Of a DNA stretch of 64,000 nt, positions 51,967-61,650 are shown piece after piece. The DNA is from Methanobacteriota archaeon. Lineage in GTDB: Archaea > Thermoplasmatota > Poseidoniia > Poseidoniales > Poseidoniaceae. Under the pieces are notes generated by a model. That model made no database searches and had not been told where the DNA came from. It saw only the letters and a program-made list of their open reading frames with translations. Both the position numbers and the translations under genes were made by a program. The DNA is taken from positions 22,229 to 86,228 of the forward strand of contig JABIGM010000041.1 in the NCBI GenBank assembly GCA_018650165.1. Direction: 5' to 3'. The first letter of the stretch is position 1. Each line of letters begins with the position of its first letter.

Positions 51967-52752
51967 ATGGATTCAATGCTCGAAGCAGCCATTTGGTTTT
52001 GGATTCCTCTCTGTATGATACCTCTGGGAATGTGGTTGAGCATTAGTGGAATCTCCAAAAAGCCAGGACTTATTTTATCATTAATTGGATTCTTTTTAGT
52101 CCTCATTTCAGCGTGGACAGTCCCTTCCTCTGACTCTTCGGCCGCCGGCCATCTCCTACTTTCAATTCTGGCACCCTCGCTTTTGCTGGCTTATGGGATT
52201 CATGGAATGGTATTTGGAGGAAATGTACCAGTTGGAAAACTAGATTCAACCGCCCGCTGGAGTGGGGCTATTGCAGTCGCAATTTCGATCATCATCCTTT
52301 GCTTAATGCATTGGTACAATTTCACGCCACTGTGGAGAGATGGTCAAATTAATCCCTATTGGATAGTGTTCTGGCCAACATTCCTTCTCTTCTCTACAGC
52401 ATTATGTTCTACTGCAGCCATCGCTTTGGCCGGGTTTGGAGATAATAGAGGTAGCGAGGCAATGAAATTGGCCCTTCTTTCAGTTCTAATGTTGGGAATT
52501 GCAATATCTGCAATGTTGTTTGATGGATACCTTACAACCGCTGATGAATTCAGGGAATACCTTTGGTTAGCCTCTGCAGATATTTTTGGAACATTTGTAG
52601 GAGCGGGTTCTGCAATAGGTGCGTTTGCCCTTGTAATCTGGAGTTATGAGAAATCATTACCCGCTCCAGGAAATTCTCCCCCTCCTAGTGATGATGAAAT
52701 CAAACACGTAGTTGCACTTGCAAATACGCATATTGGAGGTGAGGAAGAATGA
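51967..52752 (+). CDS. Hypothetical polytopic membrane protein
   Basis: About 7-8 hydrophobic helices from ATG 51967 (MDSMLEAAIWFWIPLCMIPLGMWL). It ends in GGEEE. Confidence 0.6.
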   Translation: MDSMLEAAIWFWIPLCMIPLGMWLSISGISKKPGLILSLIGFFLVLISAWTVPSSDSSAAGHLLLSILAPSLLLAYGIHGMVFGGNVPVGKLDSTARWSGAIAVAISIIILCLMHWYNFTPLWRDGQINPYWIVFWPTFLLFSTALCSTAAIALAGFGDNRGSEAMKLALLSVLMLGIAISAMLFDGYLTTADEFREYLWLASADIFGTFVGAGSAIGAFALVIWSYEKSLPAPGNSPPPSDDEIKHVVALANTHIGGEEE

Positions 52753-53204
52753 GGGAACCAACAGCATCTTGGAAACTTCTGATTTTAGCTGCGCTACTAC
52801 CGATTCTAATCTTAATTACAATCGACATTGCAATAGGGGGAGGTTCACATCCTGAATCGTTCAAGCGATTTGGAAATGCCATATTGACTTCATATGTAGT
52901 AATGGGAATACTTCTTCTTGGTAATTTGTTCTTCTATGCGGACTCAAGACACCGCCCATTTTCCCCTCTGGTTGGAATGATAGTTGCGATTGCATTTGGA
53001 GTCGCAATTTCGTATATTTTAGTCTCAAATGACGACCTTTTACTTGAAGCGAATAGTGGTGTGCGTGCACAGATGCTTTCGAATATAGTTCACCTGTTAG
53101 TTAGCGGAACTGCGATGCTATTGGCTGCATTATTGGCTGTTGGTACAACGTTTGCAGCGATTACAGGACGCAAAAGAAGAGTATTATTTGAAGAAGAAGA
53201 GTAA
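52749..53204 (+). CDS. Hypothetical polytopic membrane protein
   Basis: Four hydrophobic helices. The ATG overlaps the upstream stop (ATGA). It ends in FEEEE. Confidence 0.6.
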   Translation: MREPTASWKLLILAALLPILILITIDIAIGGGSHPESFKRFGNAILTSYVVMGILLLGNLFFYADSRHRPFSPLVGMIVAIAFGVAISYILVSNDDLLLEANSGVRAQMLSNIVHLLVSGTAMLLAALLAVGTTFAAITGRKRRVLFEEEE

Positions 53205-53264
53205 TCCTTACCTGCCGTCGGTTTGATAAACTAAGGGTCGGTGGCCCAGCCGTCAGGTGATATC

Positions 53265-53438
53265 ATGTCTAAGGGTACTCCATCCATGGGTAAGCGTCAG
53301 AAGACCACCCATCTACGTTGCCGCCGTTGTGGTCGCAACGCATACCACAAGCAAAAGAGCGCATGCGCATCCTGTGGCTACGGTGTCACCGCTAAGATTC
53401 GTTCTTACAATTGGGCAAAGAAGACTCATCGCCCTTGA
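53265..53438 (+). CDS. rpl37e: 50S ribosomal protein L37e (eL37)
   Basis: [40 protein letters not shown] has an intact C4 zinc ribbon. SD AGGTGAT is upstream of ATG 53265. Confidence 0.92.
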   Translation: MSKGTPSMGKRQKTTHLRCRRCGRNAYHKQKSACASCGYGVTAKIRSYNWAKKTHRP

Positions 53439-53496
53439 ACTTCAGTAGAGAAAGGGCTGTAAAGCCCCAGCGGTTCGAATGATTTAGGCGAGACAT

Positions 53497-55026
53497 ATGT
53501 GTGGCATAATTGGTCTCGTTGGTCGTCGCGGTTTTCACATCAACCAATTGCTATACGATGGCCTTACAGTACTCCAACACCGAGGCCAAGACGCGGCTGG
53601 AATGATGACTGAACATGAGGGAAAATACCATCTGCGTAAATCCACTGGATTGGTCAAGGATGTCTTCTACAAAAATCACATGAAGAATTTGTTAGGCTCT
53701 ATTGGAATTGGGCATGTACGCTATCCGACAGCAGGTTCATCTTCTGCTGCTGAGGCTCAACCATTCTATGTCAACTACCCTTTCGGTATTTCTTTAGCAC
53801 ATAATGGTAATTTGACCAATGCTGCTGAAATTAAGAGTTTACTTACAGGGGTGCATAGGAGACATGTTAACACAACTTCAGATTCCGAACTATTGCTAAA
53901 TCTTTTAGCAATGGAATTACATTCACGCACACCAAATGTACAAATCGATGGCGAGATACATGTTGATGTCAATACAATCTTCTCATCAGTAACTGCTCTC
54001 AATGAACAGATTTCAGGTGGATATGCGTGCGTATCTTTGATTTCAGGATATGGAATTCTTGCTTTCCGTGACCCCAATGGAATCAGACCATTGATCTTTG
54101 GAAGCCGTGAAGTAGATGGCGAGACAGAATGGGTAATTGCAAGTGAATCAGTTGCGATCCACGCATTAGGATTCGATGTTGTAAGAGATGTCGAGCCAGG
54201 TGAAGCGATATTCATTACCTCGAATGGACAATTATTTACTAAGCAGTGTACGACAGAAACTCTTCACTCACCTTGTATTTTCGAACACGTGTATTTCGCA
54301 AGACCGGATTCGATTATTGATGGAATTTCAGTATACCAAGCACGCTTGAATCAGGGCCAACGCCTAGCAGAACGAATACTTGAGCAATTTCCAGACCATG
54401 ATATCGATGCCGTAATCCCAGTTCCAGATTCCGGTAGATATGCTGCTTTGCAGATGGCAGGTGCATTAGGCGTGGAATATCGAGAAGGGTTTGTCAAGAA
54501 TCGTTACATTGGAAGGACTTTCATAATGCCTGGCCAAGCTATGCGCAAAAAATCGGTTAGACGAAAATTAAATGCTATACCTCACGAGTTTTCTGGGAAA
54601 AATGTTTTACTCGTCGATGACTCAATTGTTCGCGGAACCACTTCTGCCCAAATAGTAGAAATGGCTAGAGAAGTGGGTGCCAAAAAGGTATATTTTGCAT
54701 CTGCAGCACCTCCCGTTCGACATCCAAATGTATACGGCATCGATATGCCAGCAGTTACCGAATTTATTGCAAATGGAAAGACAGTTGATGAAATTGGAGA
54801 TACAATTGGTGCAGACCATCTATTTTACCAAACCTTGGAAGATTTGGTTGAGGTAACGAGTATCAAAGGAAAACAATCTTGGGATACGAGTTGTTTCAAT
54901 GGTGAATATGTCACTGGTGATGTAACTCAAGAATATTTGGATGCATTAGAAGCAGCACGTAATGATACTACTAAATCGCTAAATCAAAAGCCAGAAGGGA
55001 CGATTGAACTTCACAATGATGAGTGA
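53497..55026 (+). CDS. purF: Amidophosphoribosyltransferase
   Basis: MCGIIG N-terminal nucleophile, RGQDAAG, and the PRPP loop [13 protein letters not shown]. Confidence 0.97.
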   Translation: MCGIIGLVGRRGFHINQLLYDGLTVLQHRGQDAAGMMTEHEGKYHLRKSTGLVKDVFYKNHMKNLLGSIGIGHVRYPTAGSSSAAEAQPFYVNYPFGISLAHNGNLTNAAEIKSLLTGVHRRHVNTTSDSELLLNLLAMELHSRTPNVQIDGEIHVDVNTIFSSVTALNEQISGGYACVSLISGYGILAFRDPNGIRPLIFGSREVDGETEWVIASESVAIHALGFDVVRDVEPGEAIFITSNGQLFTKQCTTETLHSPCIFEHVYFARPDSIIDGISVYQARLNQGQRLAERILEQFPDHDIDAVIPVPDSGRYAALQMAGALGVEYREGFVKNRYIGRTFIMPGQAMRKKSVRRKLNAIPHEFSGKNVLLVDDSIVRGTTSAQIVEMAREVGAKKVYFASAAPPVRHPNVYGIDMPAVTEFIANGKTVDEIGDTIGADHLFYQTLEDLVEVTSIKGKQSWDTSCFNGEYVTGDVTQEYLDALEAARNDTTKSLNQKPEGTIELHNDE

Positions 55027-55035
55027 GGTGATTTG

Positions 55036-55962
55036 ATGAATCAAGCTTGGATCCTTCGCTTTGGCGAACTTGGGCTCAAAAGCAGAGTTGTTCGCCGTCA
55101 ATTTCAAAGAGCATTGGTCAACAACATGGAGCGTCTAGCAATCAATGCTGAAATTTCTCTATTCCAAGATAGAATCGAAAGCATGGATGTAGTTAGCAGT
55201 TCATCGGATAGTACCGATGCAGAAAATTTACTTTGCCATGTATTAGGGGTCGTGGCGATAGACCCTGCAAGAGTTATTGCAGAAACAATAGAGCCTGCGG
55301 AAGTTGCTAAAGCAATTTTAGCAGTTGATGCTAAAGCAGGCCAGCTACGAACATTTGGAGTCAGAACTCGTAGAGTTGGTGCTAAAGGGAAATATCGTTC
55401 ACAAGATTATAGTGGTGAAATTGGGCATGCGTTATGTGTACTTGACTCGTCACTTTCTGTTAATTTATCAAATCCCGATATGTGGGTTAGGTTGGTCTTA
55501 GAGCCTGAGAAAGTTTGGTTGATGAGTGAGCGGATCACATCAGCGGGAGGCCTCCCCCCCGGCGTGCAAGGAGATGTATTTTGCAGGGTTATAGATGAAG
55601 AGTCGATGTTGTCTGCATTTCTAATAATGCGTCGCGGTTCACGTCTTATTCCTGTTGATGGTTGCGATGAAGAGTTACTATCTATTTTGAAACAATGGGA
55701 CCCATTCCTTGGCCGCAACTCAATGGTAAAGAATCCACAAGGGAATAAAAGAAAGCGCCACCCATGGGGCGTTGTTGGGCTTTCTGCTGAAGAAGGAGAA
55801 TCACTAATCCAGCGTAGAGAAAGTGATGTAAAGACCGTACCAGTATCGACCTTAGAACCATTATGTGGTTGGAGCGAAGAAGAAATTGCAGATTTATCTA
55901 GGCATATTAGAATGCCAAATTTGCATCCATGTATGCCAAACTTGGAAGCATGGGTATCATGA
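55036..55962 (+). CDS. ThiI-like THUMP-domain protein with a degenerate PP-loop
   Basis: RFGELGLKSRVVRRQF (ThiI N-terminal ferredoxin-like domain) and a THUMP-like middle. GGLPPGVQGDVFCRVIDEESMLSAFLIMRRG sits where ThiI has GGLPVG..G..LLSGGIDSPVA..LMMKRG. Confidence 0.55.
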   Translation: MNQAWILRFGELGLKSRVVRRQFQRALVNNMERLAINAEISLFQDRIESMDVVSSSSDSTDAENLLCHVLGVVAIDPARVIAETIEPAEVAKAILAVDAKAGQLRTFGVRTRRVGAKGKYRSQDYSGEIGHALCVLDSSLSVNLSNPDMWVRLVLEPEKVWLMSERITSAGGLPPGVQGDVFCRVIDEESMLSAFLIMRRGSRLIPVDGCDEELLSILKQWDPFLGRNSMVKNPQGNKRKRHPWGVVGLSAEEGESLIQRRESDVKTVPVSTLEPLCGWSEEEIADLSRHIRMPNLHPCMPNLEAWVS

Positions 55963-57425
55963 ATGATGGCTTTGCTGTCTGTTACATGGCACAAACTGTT
56001 CCAGTAGTCAGTCGATTCAAGGCAACAGCCAGAATAACTGCTATTTCAAGTGGAAAAACACTTGCATATGGGCAAGCAGATGGCCGTTTAGTAATCGGGG
56101 ATGACGAATTTGAATTGCCTTCGGTAACCGGGATTTTCGAGTTCACCTATGGTGAAATTATTGTTGGTACAAGTAATGGACTACACACCTACATAGATGG
56201 TCAAGAATCACAATTTCAAGAGCACTCAACTGGGATAGAACATATTTCGGGAAGCGGTAGTAATGCAGTTGCAATAGATGGGATGGGCCGTGCTCATTTG
56301 ATAGATTCAAAAAGTACTACCTCACTACTAGATGCAACTTCAGTGCTATTCTCCAAAGTCGGTCACAACGTTGCCATTGCTACCGAATCAGGACAGGTAT
56401 ACACCTACTCACTTGATGGTGATAAACTATGGGAGCGTCCAATGAGGGGCGATGTTGGAGAACGAATTACAGCCATTGGTTGGAATGGTAATATTTTGAC
56501 TGTTGCTCGAGAGGGTCATGGGCTTGTACCAGGTGAAGAAGAAGCTCTTGAGATTGAATATTGGGCTGGAGATAAACTTGAGAAAAGGTTTGATGTTAAT
56601 CGCAGGGTTGTTTCTATTGATGGTCCGTGGATGGGATTGGACATGGGCGGTGTAATGCATGGAGAGGATTTGGTTGCAAAATTAAATCATCCAGCCCATC
56701 TTATTCTAAACAAAGGAGAACATGCGTTAGTTGGTTCGTGGTTTCATTTGCATCGAATCTCAAAGAGTGGCTCGCTGTGGGCTGTTGAAACCAAAGGTAT
56801 GGTCGAATATGTCTCTTCTAATGTTGAAGGAAATGCAGTACTGATTGCTGGTAGTGATCAAAATGATTATTCTGATGATGAGCCAGTTGTGCTAATCGAT
56901 TCGACAGTTGAACCGGTAGATTTGGTTGAAGAAGATACAGCGATAGATGACTGGGGTGAAGCCCCAGTAATCGAAGTCAGTGCTGAAGAAATCTATGGTG
57001 ACTCTACTTCAATCGAAGAGTTGGCAGGAATCTCACAATCCGAATTAGAAGACCAGTCAGGTCTTCTTGATGCACTTAATGATGAAATAATTCGAGAAGA
57101 GGTCATTGAAGATGAAGATGATTTAATGCTAGCACTTTCACTTGATGCGGAAGAAATCATATCTCCTACTCCGGATGCAGGAGGTGACCAAAGTTTGGTT
57201 GCAGGTGATGATGGGACCGCTATAGTAACTCTTGACGGAAGTAAAACAGTGGATCCCCAAGACCGTGTAAAATCTTGGTCATGGGTTGATAATACCGGCA
57301 AAGAGATTGCAGATACTTCAGTTGTTAGAGTTAAATTAAACCGGGGTAGTCACAGACTAGAATTGCGAATAAAAGATAGTGATAATCAGTGGTCTTCAGA
57401 CTCTATAGATGTAAGGGTTGAGTGA
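55959..57425 (+). CDS. Hypothetical beta-propeller (PQQ/BamB-like repeats) protein with an acidic linker and a C-terminal PKD/Ig-like domain
   Basis: Repeats such as ADGRLVIGDDEF and GQVYTYSLDGDKLWERPM. The C-terminus reads TPDAGGDQSLVAGDDGTAIVTLDGSKTVDP...ELRIKDSDNQWSSDSIDVRV. No signal peptide. The ATG overlaps the upstream stop (ATGA). Confidence 0.55.
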   Translation: MNDGFAVCYMAQTVPVVSRFKATARITAISSGKTLAYGQADGRLVIGDDEFELPSVTGIFEFTYGEIIVGTSNGLHTYIDGQESQFQEHSTGIEHISGSGSNAVAIDGMGRAHLIDSKSTTSLLDATSVLFSKVGHNVAIATESGQVYTYSLDGDKLWERPMRGDVGERITAIGWNGNILTVAREGHGLVPGEEEALEIEYWAGDKLEKRFDVNRRVVSIDGPWMGLDMGGVMHGEDLVAKLNHPAHLILNKGEHALVGSWFHLHRISKSGSLWAVETKGMVEYVSSNVEGNAVLIAGSDQNDYSDDEPVVLIDSTVEPVDLVEEDTAIDDWGEAPVIEVSAEEIYGDSTSIEELAGISQSELEDQSGLLDALNDEIIREEVIEDEDDLMLALSLDAEEIISPTPDAGGDQSLVAGDDGTAIVTLDGSKTVDPQDRVKSWSWVDNTGKEIADTSVVRVKLNRGSHRLELRIKDSDNQWSSDSIDVRVE

Positions 57426-57426
57426 G

Positions 57427-58149
57427 ATGAACAGCGCTCCCAATATTTGTCATTTCTTTGTAACTGCGTTACAGCAACGATGCAGTATTGTAACAAATAT
57501 CGAGAATGGTGAAACAGTAATTATCGATGGGGGCGGGGACTCACAGAGAATAATCGAGTGGATTGATTCTGGCACAGGGCATCCCGACCACCAAATCGGA
57601 GAATATCATGGTCAACGCAAGGTTGTCGCCCTGATCAACACACATGCGCATTTCGACCATAGTGGTCATATTCCTTACTTGAAGGAGCACTATGGGCTGG
57701 AATGGTGGCTACACGCCGATGATTTCTATTTGCAAAGTCTTGCTCAACAATCCGGTCGCCGTTGGGGATTCTCGCTTCCCGAACCTGCTCTTGCAGAGAA
57801 TACTTGGGAACACGGAGAAGTACACCGGTTTGGCGATATGGATTTTGAAATAATTCACACTCCTGGCCATACATTAGGTGGATGTTGTTTGCGATTATTA
57901 GTCGATGATGGGCCAGACCATCTTTTTGCAGGCGATACCCTCTTCCAAGGCTCTATTGGAAGAACCGATTTACCTGATTCGGGTGGAGATTTAGATTTGC
58001 TACTTAGGATGATTAGAGAACGTCTCTGGCCTTTAGCTGGCGATACAGTAGTACATCCCGGACACGGTCCGTTAACCACAATAGAATTAGAAAAGCAGAC
58101 TAATCCATTCCTAAATGATGGATTTAGAGGCCGTGGTGCCTGGTTGTAA
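57427..58149 (+). CDS. MBL-fold metallo-hydrolase (glyoxalase II-like)
   Basis: NTHAHFDHSGH (HxHxDH), HTPGHTLG, GDTLF and a terminal HPGHG. Confidence 0.85.
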   Translation: MNSAPNICHFFVTALQQRCSIVTNIENGETVIIDGGGDSQRIIEWIDSGTGHPDHQIGEYHGQRKVVALINTHAHFDHSGHIPYLKEHYGLEWWLHADDFYLQSLAQQSGRRWGFSLPEPALAENTWEHGEVHRFGDMDFEIIHTPGHTLGGCCLRLLVDDGPDHLFAGDTLFQGSIGRTDLPDSGGDLDLLLRMIRERLWPLAGDTVVHPGHGPLTTIELEKQTNPFLNDGFRGRGAWL

Positions 58150-59085
58150 TCAAGACATCATTGCAGATAATGCCGATTCAAGAACAGGCAGTGTTTCTTC
58201 CCATGTTGCTACAATGCCATAATCAGCATGTGAGAAAATAGGTGCGTCTGCATCTTTGTTAACCGCTACAATATACTTCGAAGATCTCATTCCAGCAAGA
58301 TGCTGGATAGCGCCAGAAATTCCTACTGCAATGTATAAGTTAGGATTGACGGTCTTACCGGTTTGTCCAACTTGCATAGAGTGTGGAATCTCATCCCATG
58401 TGTCAACTGCAGCACGTGAAGCACCAACGGCAGCCCCAAGGACATCTGCTATCTTTTCTAGGTGGGAGAAGTTTGCAGGGTTACCCATTCCTCTTCCTCC
58501 AGAAATAATGATATTAGCTTCTGCAACATCTAATCGAGTAGATGCACGAGCAATAATTTCCTGAACCGCAGTCGCAACATCGCCACTTTGGTCCACTACA
58601 GATACATTAGCAGTGCCCGCTGAAGCCGCAGGGAATACATTTGCACGTATTGAAATCGCAGCATCGCCTGAAATTGCGACTGTTTGCATAGCCTTGCCTG
58701 AATAAATTGGGCTGGTTAGATTCCTTCCATCTATTGCAACAACATCTTGGACAATTGCTAGGTTTCTCTTTGCAGCAACTCTTGCGGCAACATCCTTAGA
58801 TTGTGGTGTTGCAGCTGCAATAATAATTCCAGAAGGCGAAGCAGCATCTATTGCTGCAGCCCATGAACTTGCATCGTAATTTTCGAAACATGCCCCTTTG
58901 ATAGCAATTGTACGGGCGACACCTTCGTATCCAGCACCATCTGCTGTCGATGTGTCCATACAAGGTACAACAACTGTAGGTGTTGTTCCCAATGCAATTG
59001 CTGCACTGACCAATTCTGCTGTTACTGGAGCGATTGCTCCTCTGCTGATTTCTGCGATAATAATACTCTCTGACATCATTCTCAC
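58150..59085 (-). CDS. etfA: Electron transfer flavoprotein alpha subunit
   Basis: C-terminal FAD-binding signature LYIAVGISGAIQHLAGM...VAVNKDADAPIF. Confidence 0.93.
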   Translation of the reverse strand: MRMMSESIIIAEISRGAIAPVTAELVSAAIALGTTPTVVVPCMDTSTADGAGYEGVARTIAIKGACFENYDASSWAAAIDAASPSGIIIAAATPQSKDVAARVAAKRNLAIVQDVVAIDGRNLTSPIYSGKAMQTVAISGDAAISIRANVFPAASAGTANVSVVDQSGDVATAVQEIIARASTRLDVAEANIIISGGRGMGNPANFSHLEKIADVLGAAVGASRAAVDTWDEIPHSMQVGQTGKTVNPNLYIAVGISGAIQHLAGMRSSKYIVAVNKDADAPIFSHADYGIVATWEETLPVLESALSAMMS

Positions 59086-59086
59086 C

Positions 59087-59830
59087 TCAAATTACGTTTG
59101 CCTCATCACGAAGTAGTTTAGCAACTTCTTCTGCAGAAGAACCACCTTCATACTTTTTTCCAGCAGGCTTTGCTGGTGGTGGGGATTGTGAAACAATCGA
59201 GACACTGGATGCTGGTGCGTCTGCACTAACAACATTGACCTGAGCTCTTTTTGCCATCATGATTCCTTTTACATTTGGCTTTCGTACCTTGACATTTCCT
59301 TTGTCACAAGAGATTACCGCATTGCCAGAAACTGAAATTATTGCTGAACCATTTTCTGCAGGGGAAGTTACAGTCAAGCCACCATGAAAAGATGCATTGG
59401 TGATGTTTGAGACACTCGCCCAACCTAAGCGCTCAGCAATACCTGGGCCTGTTGAACCTGCGCCGGTGTCTGCCGCAGTTTTTCCACAGTAAACGAATTC
59501 AGCTCCCAATTCAGTAATTGCTTGTACGAGTGCTGTTTGGATTGCATTAGAATCCATTTCTGACCATGAATCGTTCCATACTCTTGAAATTTCATCAACA
59601 CCAATCGCTTTAGCATCCTTCAAAATTTTATCTGATTCTGAAGGGCCCAATGTGAGGGCAGTAACGCTTCCACCAGCCGCTTCTTTGTGTTGAAGTGCAG
59701 TTTCTATTGCAAATTCATCATACGGGCTTATGACCCACTTTACAGCAGAAAGATCTACTCTATCTCCGTTTACTAAGATTCTTGCATTGGTGTCAGGAAC
59801 ACGCTTGACTAGTACCACGATGTTTGGCAT
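59087..59830 (-). CDS. etfB: Electron transfer flavoprotein beta subunit
   Basis: MPNIVVLVKRVPD N-terminus typical of ETF-beta. It lies one nt upstream of etfA. The probable start is ATG 59830; the ORF opens at GTG 59839. Confidence 0.92.
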   Translation of the reverse strand: MPNIVVLVKRVPDTNARILVNGDRVDLSAVKWVISPYDEFAIETALQHKEAAGGSVTALTLGPSESDKILKDAKAIGVDEISRVWNDSWSEMDSNAIQTALVQAITELGAEFVYCGKTAADTGAGSTGPGIAERLGWASVSNITNASFHGGLTVTSPAENGSAIISVSGNAVISCDKGNVKVRKPNVKGIMMAKRAQVNVVSADAPASSVSIVSQSPPPAKPAGKKYEGGSSAEEVAKLLRDEANVI

Positions 59831-59840
59831 ATGATTCACC

Positions 59841-59857
59841 CAACCCCTTAGGGGTTG
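59841..59857. other. 7-bp inverted repeat (caacccc-TTA-ggggttg) between the tyrS stop and the etfB start
   Basis: Read directly. On the coding (minus) strand it lies 35 nt after the tyrS stop and directly precedes the GGGTGA SD-like element of etfB. Confidence 0.4.
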
Positions 59858-59891
59858 ATTGTGCCACCTGAAACCCGTTCATGAACCTTAT

Positions 59892-61019
59892 CTACTTCTT
59901 TGTGATTTCATTCACACGTTCAAGCGTACTAGGATTGGCTTCAAAATAATCAGAAACCGAGGATAGGCCACGTGAAACTCCAGCGGCAACGCCCATTTTG
60001 GCATCGAATGGATGTAGGCTTCCATCTGCGATTGCTGATTTGAAAGATTCAAGGTCAGTCCAAGTTGAGGGTTCACCGAATTCGGGTTTTGGAGTTACTA
60101 TTATTTCACCAAATTCAGGTAGGATGATATGCTCAATCAACTCATAAACCGGTGATTCAGGTTGTTCTGGATCTAGATACGCTTTACGCATTTTCTTAGC
60201 TAATTTTTGCTCATCATCATGTAAGAGAATAGCGCCGCCAGGGTCCGATTTACTCATTTTGTGATCAAACGATTCCATTCTTGAACCAGATGACTTGAGG
60301 CCTGAAATAATTGGCGTATGTAGGCATGTGGCTTTGTACCAGCCCCATCTATCTGCTACATCTCTCATGTACATGTGGGCTTTACGTTGGTCCATACCGC
60401 CAATTGCAACATCGATATTCATCTCAAAAATGTCAGCCGCTTGTAGGGCAGGATAGAAAAATTTAGACAAATCTCCATCTGATGAATCTTCGCCACGCCC
60501 CATTATTGAGAATGTGCGACGAACTCTAGCAAGGCTCATGTTCTTGGAGCAACGCAGTACTCTCGCCCAATATTCTCCCGAATCCATGATACTTGACGCC
60601 CATACGAATCGTAATTGGCCCGGTCCATCACCTTCAGGAGGATTGCCCAATAATGCTCTGAATGTCTCTTCCATATATCTTGCAGTTGTTTGGATATCTT
60701 CCATTACACCACCAAACTTGTCATTGACCCATGCGTGCCAATCGGCTAAGAAAATTAGAACATTAGTGTCTGCATCAAGCATTCTTCGCAGTTGTAAGGA
60801 AAGTACTTTCCAACCGATGTGGGCTTTACCGGATGGCTCAAACCCTACATAGCAACGAATTACTCCATCACCTCCTGCAGATGTTTCATCCGCTAAGCAG
60901 TTGACTAAATGGTCAATCCCTACCGCTTCATCAACATCATCGACCATCAACTTCAGTCGAGATAATTTACTTGCATCGAGTTCTGCCACTCTGGGGCACC
61001 GCTCGACAAGTGTATCCAT
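59892..61019 (-). CDS. tyrS: Tyrosyl-tRNA synthetase (archaeal type)
   Basis: GFEPSGKAHIG (HIGH region), GGMDQRKAHMYMRDVA and KMSKS. It has an N-terminal extension of about 45 aa. Confidence 0.85.
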   Translation of the reverse strand: MDTLVERCPRVAELDASKLSRLKLMVDDVDEAVGIDHLVNCLADETSAGGDGVIRCYVGFEPSGKAHIGWKVLSLQLRRMLDADTNVLIFLADWHAWVNDKFGGVMEDIQTTARYMEETFRALLGNPPEGDGPGQLRFVWASSIMDSGEYWARVLRCSKNMSLARVRRTFSIMGRGEDSSDGDLSKFFYPALQAADIFEMNIDVAIGGMDQRKAHMYMRDVADRWGWYKATCLHTPIISGLKSSGSRMESFDHKMSKSDPGGAILLHDDEQKLAKKMRKAYLDPEQPESPVYELIEHIILPEFGEIIVTPKPEFGEPSTWTDLESFKSAIADGSLHPFDAKMGVAAGVSRGLSSVSDYFEANPSTLERVNEITKK

Positions 61020-61028
61020 TTTTTCACC

Positions 61029-61559
61029 TCAATTGAATAATTTGTTCAGTTTTTCTGAAAGAGAAAAAGCACGAGTGCCATTTCCTTCGTCTAATTTCTG
61101 TTGAATCTCTGCGATTAATTGCTCAGCCATTTCTTTCTTCTCATCAGATACTGATGTGCTGATTTCCATAAATTTGCGGGCCATCGACATTGCAGATTTG
61201 GATTTTGCAATTTTCTTTGCACCTTCCTTTGCTTTATCGCCACGTTGTTTTGCTGAATAACCAGTAGCGTTATCCAAGAAATTAGACCAGCGAACTCTAG
61301 ACTCCATCGCTTCCTTTCTACCACCGTCGGCTGAAAGGAAATCTGTCAATTGGTCTCCACTCATTTGCTCAACATCAACTTGGAGTTTATCATCCTCTGT
61401 ATAATGTGCAGTAACGCTTTTTAGGATTGCAAATGATGCAACAAATACTCCGTCTGAGTCTACTTCAACATCATCAAAATATTCAGTTGCTAATTTAGCA
61501 AGACCAGCATTTCCACTCATTGATTTTATCAGACCACGCTTGACTTCGAATCGCTCCAT
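61029..61559 (-). CDS. Hypothetical conserved protein with a Lys-rich helical C-terminus
   Basis: The probable start is MERFEVKRG (ATG 61559) or ATG 61601. The longer ORF to 61670 would overlap the divergent gene. No motif recognised. Confidence 0.5.
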   Translation of the reverse strand: MERFEVKRGLIKSMSGNAGLAKLATEYFDDVEVDSDGVFVASFAILKSVTAHYTEDDKLQVDVEQMSGDQLTDFLSADGGRKEAMESRVRWSNFLDNATGYSAKQRGDKAKEGAKKIAKSKSAMSMARKFMEISTSVSDEKKEMAEQLIAEIQQKLDEGNGTRAFSLSEKLNKLFN

Positions 61560-61650
61560 GCCTCTGCCAAACCAATTAGGGCCATAAGGGCTACCTTCCA
61601 TTAGGGTACTCAAAGCGGGGGCTTTTTGGTAGATACACGCTCGCCGGAGC

